A stretch of DNA of 63,127 nt, filler included, from Squatina squatina (Eukaryota), in assembly GCA_031763465.1 (NCBI GenBank). It is 3 parts of 3 records of this genome, joined end to end, with 100 filler letters (N's around TTAATTAATTAA, not from the genome) between each part and the next. Parts side by side here need not be neighbours in the genome. Positions count along the whole stretch, not along the records: positions 28,997 to 50,653 come from JARFOE010000001.1; positions 50,754 to 63,127 come from JARFOE010000192.1; 1 more part is not named here. One strand, 5' to 3'. Positions within the stretch are counted from its first letter, which is position 1. Every line of letters starts with the position of its first letter. Below are positions 49,321 to 61,858 of this stretch, one piece after another. A model generated the notes under the pieces. It saw only the letters and a list, made by a program, of their open reading frames with translations. It had not been told where the DNA came from and searched no databases. A program made the position numbers and the translations under genes.

Positions 49321-50697
49321 GTTCCTTCTTGGATAATTGGGAGTCTGTAACCCCCATTTTAAAGTCATTTCATAGACAATAGTGAAAACTTTTTGTTATT
49401 ACTTTTTAGTTTATGAAGTGCATGCTTTAAAAGCAATGAATCACAAAGCTGCAAAGAGAGGCACTCTTGAACTGCAATTGATTTTGCTATTCCAAGAGCA
49501 CCACTGGTTCTCTTACTGAGAATTGTTCAGGATCATATATGTCTTAAAACTGCAAAGTTGTTTGAATGAAAGTTATTTTTATTTTTACAATAAGAGCCTT
49601 GAAAACAAGAATAGTTTGAAATAGGATATTGTTAATGGTTGAGAGTCTATTAAGAAACTGAATTCTACAATGTTGAGTGCATTCACACCAACTGTAGTAT
49701 TGGTGTGAAGTCATTTTGCTTTTCACCAACACTGCAGCTATACTGTGAACGTTGACTGAAACTGAAGTTAGGGCCCAACTTGACATCAGAGGGGAAAGTA
49801 CGTTGACTTGGGTCNNNNNNNNNNNNNNNNNNNNNNNNNNNNNNNNNNNNNNNNNNNNNNNNNNNNNNNNNNNNNNNNNNNNNNNNNNNNNNNNNNNNNN
49901 NNNNNNNNNNNNNNAGCTCTGCAGATTGTCATAAAGAAGCATTTAACATCTGTGGTGTCTGCACAAGAGACCTCAGACATGCAGATGGTGAGCACAGCTG
50001 GAGCATTTCTCAGAAATGTTGCCACAGATAATGTTGAGGTCCACAGTCTAAGCCATTATAAAGGATAGTTTAGATATTCTTAAAGAAACATACTAGGCAC
50101 TGCAAAGAAGGAGAGAATCAGAGACCTCATAGCAGCATTGCAACAGTTTCTGTATGCAGAGATCTGGGCAAGGGTTTTCCACTAATGCACTTTCCAACCT
50201 GTGACTTTCACCCACTTAAATGAATGGACTGAAAATCACAGGCTACAGAATACAGAAGCACAGAATCCTGTCCTGATGTGAGGAGTTGACCTCCAGGGAC
50301 AACATGCATGCCCAAGCACTATAAGTAGGGGGTGGCTCTCAAGTTACTGCCAGTCCATTGTCAGCACTTGCCTCTGGATCAGTGATAAGAGAAGCACTCA
50401 AAGCATGCAGGCTGCGACAGGCCGCGAATTAGGACAAGCTATTTCCTTGCACCGGCAGAACCATCAAGGTCTACAACACTGAAAACTAGATGGCCAGTGG
50501 AATCGCAAACAGGTCCTCACAAATTCATCCCATCTGTTCCTTGAATCAGGGCATCACTTAAGAAGAAAAACATTATGTTAATACAAGCAAATGCAAAGCA
50601 CAGTAAATTTGGCAGTCAGTACTTTTCAATGCCAAATTAATTAATGTGAGAAGNNNNNNNNNNNNNNNNNNNNNNNNNNNNNNNNNNNNNNNNNNNN

Positions 50698-50709
50698 TTA
50701 ATTAATTAA
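50698..50709. other. Artificial scaffold linker TTAATTAATTAA
   Basis: Centred in a 44N+12+44N gap, identical to 28941-28952. Confidence 0.95.
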
Positions 50710-50753
50710 NNNNNNNNNNNNNNNNNNNNNNNNNNNNNNNNNNNNNNNNNNNN

Positions 50754-50985
50754 GTTCCCCTCCCAAGTCACACACCTTCCCGACTTGGATATGCATCGCT
50801 GTTCCTTCATCGTCGCTGGGTCAAAATCTTGGAACTCCCTACCTAACAGCACTGTAGGAGCACCTTCACCATAAGGACTGTAGCGGTTCAATAAGGCGGC
50901 CAATCACCACCTTCTCAAGGGCAATTCAGGACGGGCAATAAATGAGCGGTATTCCCAGCAATGCCCACATCCCAAGAATGAATTT
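50754..50985 (+). mobile_element. CR1-group LINE 3' end (second family)
   Basis: RCSFIVAGSKSWNSLPNSTVGAPSP…HHLLKGN plus tail gggcaataaatg…cccacatccc. Confidence 0.8.
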
Positions 50986-51346
50986 TGTTTTTAAAATGTG
51001 ATATTGTAAAGATTGAGCGAGACTTTTTTATTTAAAAAAATCGATTGGCAGCAAAAACGTCAAATGTGCCATTGTAGCTTGCTCATTGGAATCCCATCTG
51101 TGATCCGCTCACTCAGCATAGCCCAGGGTTCAAGCTGGGACTTTGCTCTGTATAATTCAGTACAACACTGGTCAGTTTATTTACAAGCTAAGCCTTTTCA
51201 TCACATTTTTTAAAAGTAGATTTTAAACTGATTCAAAACGAAGAGTAAGAAATAAATAGGAATTGACAGACTTCTGAGAATTCAGGTGAAATTGGCTACA
51301 GCAGTGCATCAGCACAATGTGAAGTACACGAAAATGACAGTTTTAG

Positions 51347-51371
51347 CACACACACACACACACACACACAC
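51347..51371. repeat. (CA)12 microsatellite
   Basis: Directly visible; abuts the 3' end of a SINE. Confidence 0.95.
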
Positions 51372-51760
51372 GTCCCAAAGCACTTTACAACAGTGACTAN
51401 NNNNNNNNNACACTTCTATGGCTGTAATGTGGGGAAACGAGCACTTAATTTGCACACAGCAAGATCTCACAAATAGCAATGACATAAATGATTAGTTAAT
51501 CTGTTTTAGTGATGTTGGTTGGGAGGTAAATATAGGCCAGGACACCGGGGATAACTGTCCTGCGCTTCTTCGAAATAGCGCCGTGGAATCTTTTACGTCC
51601 ACCTGTGAGGGCAGAAGTTTAACCTCTGTTTAACCTCTCGTCTGAAAGACAGCACCTCTGACAGTGCAGCGCTCCCTCAGCACAGGCACTGCGAGTGTCG
51701 GGTTAGACTTGGTGCTCAAGTTTCTGGAGTTGGGTTTGAACCCAGAACCTTCTGACTCTA
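51372..51760 (-). mobile_element. Deu-domain SINE
   Basis: Reverse complement of the 31439 family, including the B-box (tttgaaccc…ttctgactc). Confidence 0.85.
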
Positions 51761-52744
51761 AATTTTAATCACCAAAACAAGCTCCCGGACTTTAGTACTT
51801 TGAACATTATGTTGTCGGGTTCCGTTCCTGTTTGATTTTGGAATGCAAATGGAGATGTGGCTCAATTGTTTTAATGCATTCCCCCTCGACCAGCATGACC
51901 AGAGTAAATGTTTGAGGTGGCCAAGAAGAAAGCTTTTCTTTATAACCACATCAAAGAAACCTAGAGCAGAAGGGGCTTCTGCAAACAATCGCTTCATTTT
52001 CTTCACACAGTTTCCACCTGATTAAACCCAAAGTCTCCTTGTGGGTGTCTGGAGGGAAAGGGAATGGCTGAGTGGTCCTGAAGGTGCAGCGACAAAGAAA
52101 ATGAGACCTTCGACTAATATTTTGAGTGCGCCGAATAATTGAGGTCAAAGTATTCTTTTTCTGCACAAAATAAAATCAATGAATTGGAAAAGATGTTCGT
52201 CGATGATTTTAGCAACAAATTATTTAGCAGCAGCGATACTGAGTAAGTGATGGGGGGATTCGGTACTTTTTTTTCTTTAAGATATTTCAGGTTTATTTGT
52301 GTAGAGAGCACATTGCCATGTTACATTAGTTAGCTTGAAAGAAATTCCTCTGTACAAACTAACCGGTTTGGGGAACAAAGGATTCCAATTTAAANNNNNN
52401 NNNNNNNNNNNNNNNNNNNNNNNNNNNNNNNNNNNNNNNNNNNNNNNNNNNNNNNNNNNNNNNNNNNNNNNNNNNNNNNNNNNNNNNNNNNNNNTGTTAA
52501 AATGCTGCTTGTCATATATAGGGGATGATGAATGATGGAATTGTTTCTCGCTCTCCAGCACAACCCAGTATCCTGCAATGTCTTGTGTCAACTGGTACAG
52601 GTCTGCAATTACTGTCATCAGATGACCTTACCCCCACAACCACCTACCTTTCCCAAAGGAACTGAGCCTTGCTGAGTATGATCCCATGGATGCTAACCAT
52701 CAACTCCGCAGTGATTAACGGCACACTATTGGACCTTGGAGGAT

Positions 52745-53030
52745 TGCGTAGAATTTTACAGCACAGAAACAGACCATTCGGCCCAACTGGTCCATGCCGG
52801 TGTTTATGCTCCACCTGAGCCTCGTCCCACCCCACATCATCGCACCTCATCCACATATCCTTCTATTCCTTTCTCCCTTGTGTACTTATCTAGCTTCCCC
52901 TAAATGCAGCTACGTGATAGCGTATTCCACATTCTCATGACTCTCTGGGTAAAGAGGTTTCTCCTGAATTCCTTATTGGATTTATTAATAAATATCTTAT
53001 GTTTCTGCCCCTAGTTTAGGATCCCTCACA
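52745..53030 (-). mobile_element. CR1 3' end
   Basis: acagcacagaaacagaccattcggcccaac… matches 43100-43400. Short tails of the same family lie at ~54880, ~55610 and ~58674. Confidence 0.8.
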
Positions 53031-53857
53031 GGTGGGGGACACAAAGATGTCATAGCCAAGCCTCATTCTGTCTTTGCTCAATGTCCAGGCTTAACAGAAG
53101 CAGTTTGGCTTAGAGGTCGATAGATGGATGAACCTAACTATAAAATTCAATTAATGTTAGTGTGAGCCATTTCAAAATTTTATAAAAATTGGATTGATTG
53201 CTCCTTTCCTTTAGCATTTAATGCATGGTGCTACATCATGTTAATTTATTGTACCTCATGCACAACCAACCTACTCATTCACTCCTAGTTCTTGTTTGAT
53301 CAGGTAAACCACCTCCCTCTCCTTGTCTAAATTTTGTACCAACCCTGCCACTGCCCCTTTAAGCCCGTGGGTTTCAATTTTGCGAACACGTCTATTATAT
53401 GGTAATTTATTCCCTGCAAGATCTAGTCATCGATACGGAAGAATTGGCATAACCTAAGGCAACTGCCAAGAAAATCAACCAGTAACCTTCATAGCTCATG
53501 TTGTTGCTGTGGTACATTATTGTTGGCTCATGCCAGGCCATCAAACAACAGCTCACTATTCCTGAACATACATATGTACAGAGCATACATTACAGCTGTG
53601 ACTTACAATTGAAAGCCTTGGCACACTCAAATCAACAAAGGATTTCATGCATAAAAGCATTGTATCACAACTTAAATCCATGGTGAATGGTCAGTTAATG
53701 ATTTTTTGTGTGAAATTACTTAAGGGACAAATATTGCTCGGACACCTTCCTCGCTTCTTCACATAGTGCCATGGGATCTTTAAAAGGACCCCCGTTGAAG
53801 ATTTCATTCAAATGATGGTTCCTCTAACCAAGAGTCAGCCTAGGTTTTCGACAAAAG

Positions 53858-54230
53858 TCATTGTGCGTTCAAGTCCAACTCCAGTGACGTAAGCACAAGA
53901 ATCCAGGCTCCCAGTGTGACACTGAGGGAGTGCCGCACTGTCGGAGGTTCTGTCTTTTGGATGAGATGTTCACCTTGAGAGAGCAGACGGGGCCTCAGTT
54001 TGACGTAAAAGATCCAATGGCCACTACTTCGAAGAAGAGCAAAGGAGTTATCCCCGCTGTCCTGGGGCCAATATTTATCCCTCAAACAACATAACAAAAA
54101 CAGATGATCTGGTCATTATCACATTTGCTGTTTGTGGGAGCTTGCTTTGCACAAAATGGGCTGCTGAGTTTCCCCACATTACAACAGTGACTACACTCCA
54201 AAAGTACTTCATTGGCTGTAAAGCCATTTG
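53858..54230 (+). mobile_element. Deu-domain SINE
   Basis: B-box gttcaagtcc, Deu core gccaatatttatccctca…atctggtcattatc, and aagtacttcattggctgtaaag. Confidence 0.85.
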
Positions 54231-55757
54231 ATCGAAGCTCTTCTATTTTGTTTTTCTGGTAATAGCATTTGGAGGCAGTAATTAGAAGATAATAATGAAA
54301 TAGCTAATTGTGTGCTACATTTTGCATTTTCTGCTGAAGATTATTTGCTTTGTGATGGTCGCTGCTCGTAGTAGCACCTTGTTTTGAAGCTCTGTCGGGG
54401 GATTTAGAGGCCGTCGGTTAAATGTTATCACCAATGTGATTGTCTCTTTCATCAAGGATTGGGTTGAGTGTGAAAGACCTGGTTTGCTGTACAATAAGGG
54501 AAGATTTGCAGTTAAGATTCCACTGGAGGAACAAAGACAGATGGAGGCCAGTACACACATTAAACCCTTCGACCCTTTCAGCTGGATCTTTTGAACTTCA
54601 CAGCGTGAATACTGATGCACATTCATGCCATGTGTCTCACTTCAGGGATTTTCAGGTGTCCTGTTTTGTAGAGCAGCCATTGATCAATGACATTCACTGG
54701 TGGTGTGTAGTAAAGACAGGACATGATCAGCAGAGGCATATTGAACGAGCGAAAAAAAAAAACGTGCAATGCTTCACTATGAGGCAGCACATTCTATTCT
54801 ACTTTTTTGAAACAATCCCTAGAATCAACCAGATTGCTGATGATGCAACCCAATTACTATTCATTGTATTCCATAAAATCTACTGCACAGAAACTGGCCA
54901 TTCAGCCCAACTGGTNNNNNNNNNNNNNNNNNNNNNNNNNNNNNNNNNNNNNNNNNNNNNNNNNNNNNNNNNNNNNNNNNNNNNNNNNNNNNNNNNNNNN
55001 NNNNNNNNNNNNNNNGGATTTTATGTTGTTGTGTGGCATTAGGTGCTGAACCTGTTTAACATGACTCACAGATCAGCAGCGCCAAAGACCAGAGCTGATA
55101 ACCATTTGAGCATAAAGGTATGTGGAATAATAACATGATGAAAGATTGTGAAAGTAAACTTGAAAGCAAAACTACAAGAGTCTGGTGTTCTCAATAGTAA
55201 TCTCAACAACAGGTGATAAAGTGTGTCAAGTTGTTCATTTTTCTTTGTTCGTTGTTTATTGCTTTGTGACAATGCACAGTGTTGCTATCGAATGTTGGAA
55301 CAGCCTTTATTGAAAGGAACAAAGATAAATGCATTATTTTGGGTGATCTTGTTAACGACATCTCTTCCTTGCCTATTTAAGCATCGCTCAGCTCACATTT
55401 GTACCTCCTGGCTCACAGTATAAACTACCATCTCCACTGTAGTCTCATGAGTAGAATGGTAAATGAGAAACGTGACTTGTAGACATGCCTTCGGACAACG
55501 TCGCACGTTGCTAACTTTAAAAAATATACCTTTGTTGGAGGCAATGTTATTGATGAAAGAATTTAACAATGTGAGTGCAGAGTAGGAGGGAAGGGAGTGG
55601 AGGAGGACGTAGGATTACATAGGATATGACACAGAAACAGGCCATTTGGCCCAACCANNNNNNNNNNNNNNNNNNNNNNNNNNNNNNNNNNNNNNNNNNN
55701 NNNNNNNNNNNNNNNNNNNNNNNNNNNNNNNNNNNNNNNNNNNNNNNNNNNNNNNNN

Positions 55758-56463
55758 TTTGGGGCCAGGATTTTTATTGCCGGGCCCGTAACCTTCGTTT
55801 CCCCCCCCCGTGCCCCCGGTTACTGCCCCGGAAATGAGGCGAAGTGCTGTCCGCTTCAGTTCCTGGGCGGCATCCAGGCGCAGACGCGGGAACGCCAGCA
55901 GCATGGTATTGATGATGTCAGCGCTCCGCAAATGCTCTGCGGAGCGCTGACTGTCGAGGGCTCACGCCCCCCTCGATTAAAGGGGAGGGCCACCAAAGCA
56001 GCACCCCGATGGCTGCCACTGAGCCACCAGAGATGCCACTGACCAGGCCACCAGCCCGGCAAGCGGATGGCGGCTCGGTCGGGGTGAGGACCGCCATTGG
56101 TCGGCCGACACAAAGAGATGGCGGCCGTTGGCGTTAACCGCCTTCCCCTTTAAGGGGCCATGCCAACGATAGCTCAAGCTGTCGTTGCCACCGCCGGCTG
56201 TCCACCTCGTGTCCTGCGGGTGAATATTACCCAGGGGCGGTAAGGAGTTGCGGCAGGACAGTAAATGACTCTTTGACGTGGCGCACCGACCCGCTGCAAA
56301 ATTCCCTGGCTGAGGCAGAAAGGTCTTTGCGCCTCTGGGACCCCCTGGTAAATTTCCCAGCAGGTGAGATCGCTGCCTCGTCCTGTCGAATTTAACTTTT
56401 TCGTCCCGTTAGCGCCCCTCAGAGGTGCTAGCAGGGCGGAAAAAAAGGTGAATTTCCAGCCCC
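55758..56463. mobile_element. Relatively young GC/CpG-rich Harbinger-like non-autonomous element (right part)
   Basis: High CpG content; ccctttaaggg and ttagcgccc motifs; terminus gaatttccagccc. Related ends at 5187-5290, 12052, 38845 and 58460. Confidence 0.6.
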
Positions 56464-56899
56464 CCCCCACCCCCCGCTGGTTTTTGGACCATTTCAGGCA
56501 AATCTAAAGTGGGCCAATATTCTCTAGGTTTGTAACTGAGGTGCACATTGAAGATTGAAGGGAATGTCACACAGCATCCTCCAGCAAGCTCTCCATCGTT
56601 GCTACGGTCAAATGTGCTTCCAATAATTTCAACAGATCAAACAGGTTCAATGCTTTTTAATCACTTAATAAGTTGAGATTAACTTTATGTTTGTTAATGA
56701 TCAAGCATCTTACAATGTGCCAAGGTACATTAGTCAGAGGATGAAACATGTCAATGGGCATGTAACAATAGTGCACATTCAGTAAACGATCCCTGAGCTC
56801 AGGCTGGCACATGTTGTTCTGAGAACCATCTGATTTCACAGGTGTGCTGCTATCTGACTTTTTTACACCATAGTATTTCAACTTTTCAATCATTGCCAG

Positions 56900-57608
56900 A
56901 GCATTTCCAGCAATGGTTTTTCTTCCTGTTCCACATCATTACCTCCAGAATCCATCAAGATCTCTCCTTGGCTCCCTTCTCTTACTCATCTACATATTTC
57001 CCTTTGGCACCATCATCTGAAGACATGGGGTCAGCATGTATGCTGATGCCACCCAGCCCTACCTCTCCACCATCTCTCTCGGTCCCTTCAGGCCCTCTGT
57101 GCTTCATTGCTTGTCTGGCGTCCAATCTTGGATAAGCCACAATTACTTCAAGCTAAATATTGGGAAGACTGCCCCTGCTACAGACTCTGCATCCTTACCA
57201 TTGGCCCCCTTTCCTTCTGTGGTTACTGTCTCAAATTGAACCAGACTGTTGGCAACCTCAGCATCACATTTGACCTCGAGCTACTTTTCTGACCTCCACA
57301 TCACAAAGGCTGCAGATTTCTATTTCCGTAACATTGTCTTCTCAACCCTCATCTNNNNNNNNNNNNNNNNNNNNNNNNNNNNNNNNNNNNNNNNNNNNNN
57401 NNNNNNNNNNNNNNNNNNNNNNNNNNNNNNNNNNNNNNNNNNNNNNNNNNNNNNCTCTGCCTCTCTTCCTCATTTCCCTCTTTAAGATGCTCCTTAAAAC
57501 CTATCTCTTTGACCAACCATCTGCCCTAATCTCTCCAAATTTTGTTTGATAAAGCACCTTGGGATGTTTTACTCCGCTAGAAGCGCTAGGTAAATGCAAG
57601 TTGTTGTT
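56900..57608 (+). mobile_element. L2 LINE RT fragment and 3' tail, spanning a gap
   Basis: MYADATQPYLS (YADDTQLY RT motif) and WISHNYFKLNIGKT, with tail taaatgcaagttgttgtt. Confidence 0.8.
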
Positions 57609-60582
57609 ACTAAAATATTTGCTTGTTGGGCTGCGCCTGTTGTTAATTTTTAATTATAATCCTTTTCAATAGGATTTTCAAAATTGAGGTCTTCAGGAGG
57701 GAGATAAAATCGAGGAACAGATTTATCTCATAGTTTTCGTTGTTTTATGAGGTGGAATTCATTGGCTCAAATGGGGATTTGGAAATACTGGTTACCCAAT
57801 TCTATTCCTTGGAGCAGAGAACAAATAGAAAACGTATGATAGATCAGTCAGGTCTTTTTGAAATACTGTTACTTTTAAATCACCTCTCTTTGATTTTCCA
57901 ACAAGTCACCCGTAGCAGCCAACTTCACTCTGGGAGATTGCATCTGGACTTATAAACTGCAGTTACTATGCCTGGCAAATAAAAGGAGCTATATAAAAAC
58001 CAGGTGGTAATTTTAGTTGCTCGCTCCTGTCAGAACAGGTGTGAATACAGAGACAGGAATCTGTGCAGACACTGGTGTGGGGGGAGGAACACTTAACCAG
58101 ACACAGGATAGTCAATTTGATTTACCTTTGAAATGGAGTAAGCCATCTTTCCAGAATGTCAGGATTGTTTTGGCTAGGTTTGAAAGTGAAACCGATGGAA
58201 ATGGTTGATGAGTGTTGCTATCTTTAGCTTCAATAGCTTGGACCCGAGTCTGAGTTTGCCATCCTTTTCCATCTGTTGTACACCTTTCAGGTGTTTCCTG
58301 AGATGGCACATTAATAAGACCAGAAGATAAGCTATTGATGTGTCTCATCTCCCACAAAATGAATCTCTGTCTCTTTTGATCATGTTTCTTCCTCCTTTGA
58401 GTACTTAAAGGTGGTAGAGGTTGGTTATGTACGTATATGTGCATATATATATATTTGGGGTAATTTATACCTCCCGTTAGCATCCCCGGGGACGCCAATG
58501 GGGCACAAATTACTTTGCGACCGGGCATGGCAGCACTAATGACTCCCGCTAAATTTGGCGGGAGTTTAGCAGCNNNNNNNNNNNNNNNNNNNNNNNNNNN
58601 NNNNNNNNNNNNNNNNNNNNNNNNNNNNNNNNNNNNNNNNNNNNNNNNNNNNNNNNNNNNNNNNNNNNNNNNNGCCTGTTTCTGTGCTGTATATCCTATG
58701 TAATCCCTATGTACTTAATCTCCATATCTACATCATTTTGCATAACGTTAATCCTAAGGGAATCATGAATGTCAAATACAGGATTTTGTTTTGAGGCTGT
58801 TGACGTTGGGGAGACATTTAACAAAGCGGAGGGGCTTAGGAAGAGAATAGATATGGCCAAATTGACATTCACATTTGGATAGCTGGGAGAAAGAAGGAAA
58901 AATGATTGGCCAGAACATGAGTGTACCTCAAGACATGTTGACCAATGAGTATTATAGATACAGTGGTTTTTGTTCCTCTGGAGGCTGAAAATTTTTGCCC
59001 TTAGTGACTTGATTCACAGGAAAAAGTAAATTAACGAACACGTATTACCAGAGAATACGAGTATCATTCGCTGACGCAAACATGATTCTACAGCAAGTCT
59101 GATGAGTGTAATCAGCTGGGTGGCGATGTTACAGCTAAATTGTTTAGCTTATGCTAACCTTTTAAAGATTTATTGACCAGGCTGTCAATCAGTGATGGAC
59201 AATAAAGAGAGCAAAACTACAGAAGTACCTGAACAGAGGCCTTGGATTCAGCCTTCATTGATAAATTGGGGCCTGTTGATGGTGCGGTTATGTTTGGTTT
59301 TTGTTGTAGTTTATACAAGGTGTGCATGAAAGGAAAACGTCAATTTATGCCAGTGTTCAGGATTGAAGTACCTTTGCTAAAATCAGGTAATGGATTGCTT
59401 CTTTTCTCTTTTTTTGCTTAAATGTGTTTTGTTTCTGTTGTGGGAGTAAAGTACATATCAGGCTTCAGGGCCGGTGAATTAAATCATCTTCAAAAATCCA
59501 CCCCTGAAGATTGAATAGCCTGAAGCATTCATACTTAACAATTCGTCTAGTCTGTAGAGCTCAGATCAAAGGAGGTTTTAGCCAAGTGTGTCGGTGTCAC
59601 GTTTGGACAGATTCAGGTAACAGCTGACATGTAAAGCCTGCGATCAATCGAAAATCTTTCTCCCCTGCGTCTTGAAGGTGTGTCGGTTCTCGACCACACC
59701 AGGTGGACTCTTGTTAACCGCAGACAGGTATTTCAATTAAAACTGAACTGTTTTGTCTAACCATTGAGTGAAATATAAATAATCTGTAAGATGTGGAGAT
59801 AAGCTGCTCGCGCTCAGTTACAAAAGGTTGNNNNNNNNNNNNNNNNNNNNNNNNNNNNNNNNNNNNNNNNNNNNNNNNNNNNNNNNNNNNNNNNNNNNNN
59901 NNNNNNNNNNNNNNNNNNNNNNNNNNNNNNATGGTCCTAATACTGACCCCGAGGGGATTTCGCTGCATACTTCTCTCCAGAAAAACAACAGTTCACCTGA
60001 TCAGCACCCTTCTTACTCTGTGGGCTTGCACACAATAGAGTGAAGAGCAACTGTGCTGCTCCAAGGTGTAATCGTAACAAACAACTATTTAGATTTAAAT
60101 CCTCTGTAAATCACTCTCAATAAAAGTGGCAGCAGTAGAAATGAAGGAAAAATAAATACAAAATAACTGCGGTATTAATCATACAATACCCTATATACAT
60201 AGACTCAAATCACACTTCTGACCACTTGCGTCAGATAAAAGCAAAACAAATGGCCATTAAAAACAATCACACATAAAAATGCTACCTAGAAGCTCAAAAG
60301 AAATTAAATCCCCAAAAAGGAGCACAACAGCTTGAATAAGGTGCCCATATTTAAGAACAAAAATCTTAAAGATAATAAAAGTTGCAACTGACAACGATCA
60401 TAACTCTGAATGCAACAAAGCTAGACCTGACAAAGACTTGTTGCAGCATAGAATATTGTGCAAGAAATAACCCACACAGAAACACTGGAAAGTAAATAAA
60501 GGAGTGGATAAATGTTTAAAACAAAAAGACACATGGATAAAGCCAACAGGCAAATTCTGAATCAGTCAACTCAACAGCCACA

Positions 60583-60958
60583 GTAGAATCATAGACATTT
60601 ATGGCACAGTAGGAGGCCATTCAGCCCATTGTGTCCGTGCCGGCCGAAAAAGAGCTATCCAGCCTAATTCCACTTTACAGCTCTTGGTCCATAGCCCTGT
60701 GGGTTACGGCACTTCAAGGGCACATCCAAGTACTTTTTAAATGCAATGAGGGTTTCTGCCTCTACCACCCTTTCAGGCAGTGAGTTCCAGACCCCCACCA
60801 CCCTCTGGGTGAAAAAAGCTATCAACACCCCTCTAATCCTTCTACCAATACTTTAAATCTATGCTCCCTAGTTATTGACCCCTCCTGCCAAAGGAAATAG
60901 GTCCCTCTATCCACTCTATCTAGGACCCTCAGAATTTTATACAACTCAATTAAGTCTT
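60583..60958 (-). mobile_element. CR1 3' end
   Basis: agaatcataga…ggaggccattcagccc…caggcagtgagttccagacccccaccaccctctgggtgaa, the reverse complement of FTQRVVGVWNSLPE. Confidence 0.85.
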
Positions 60959-60964
60959 AAGAAT

Positions 60965-61105
60965 TAAGTATTCGACATTTCAGCAGGATGGGCAGAAAGG
61001 AAAAGGAGGTGGGGTATCTCTGTTAATAAAGGATGAGATCAGTATATTAAGGAGAAAGGAGCTTGGCTCGGAAGATCAAGATGTAGAATCAGTTTGGGTG
61101 GAGCT
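60965..61105 (+). mobile_element. CR1 endonuclease fragment
   Basis: YSTFQQDGQKGKGGGVSLLIKDEI…VESVWVEL. Confidence 0.8.
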
Positions 61106-61270
61106 ATCTGGTCATTATTTCATTGCTGTTTTTGGGACCTTGCAGTACGCAAATTAGCTACCGTGTTTCCCTACATCACAGCAACTACTATACTTCAAAA
61201 AGTAGTTCACTGGCTATGAAGCGCTTGAAGTCATGCAGGGTGCTATATAAATGTGAGTTCTTTCTTTTTG
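61105..61270 (+). mobile_element. Deu-domain SINE 3' half
   Basis: atctggtcatt…cattgctgtt…ggtgctatataaatg. Confidence 0.7.
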
Positions 61271-61289
61271 AGCTGCTGATACATATAAT

Positions 61290-61858
61290 GGTGAACTATT
61301 CCAGTGCTCTCCTGACCGGCCCCCACCTTGCACCCTTCGTAAACTTGAGGTCATCCAAAACTCTGCTGCCCAGATCTGAACTCGCACCAAGTCCCGTTCA
61401 CCCCTGTGCTTGCTGACCTACATTGGCTCCCAGCCTGGCAAAGCCTCGATTTTAAAAGCCTTATCAGTGTTTTTAAATCCCTCTATGGACCTGCCCCTCC
61501 CTATCTCTTAAACCTCCATCACCCTACGACACTACAACCCTCCGAGATCTATGCACTCCACCAATTCCGGCGTATCTCCGATTTCTTTCGCTACACTATT
61601 GGTGACTGTGCCTTCAGTTGCCTAGGCCCTAAGCTCTCAAATTCCCTCCCTTAACCTCTCCGCCTTTCTACTTCTCACTCCTCCTTTAAGACGCTCCTTA
61701 AAACCTACCTGTTTGACCAAGCTTTTGGTATCTGTCCTAATATCTCCTCATGTGGCTCGGTGTCAAATTTTGTCTGATAACTCTCCTGTGAAGCGCCCTG
61801 GGACGTTTTATTATGTTAAAGGCGCTTCACAGGAGAGTTATGTTAAAGTTGTTGTTGC
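61290..61858 (+). mobile_element. L2 LINE 3' end
   Basis: NYSSALLTG…, LADLHWLPAWQSLDFKSLISVFKSLYGPAPPYL, AFSCLGPKLSNSLP, and a (TTG)n tail. Confidence 0.88.

Noticed and set aside
55758-56463. CpG island or host promoter with several overlapping ORFs
   Set aside because: It shares motifs and termini with other dispersed MITE-like copies in the window; the ORFs reflect high GC content.
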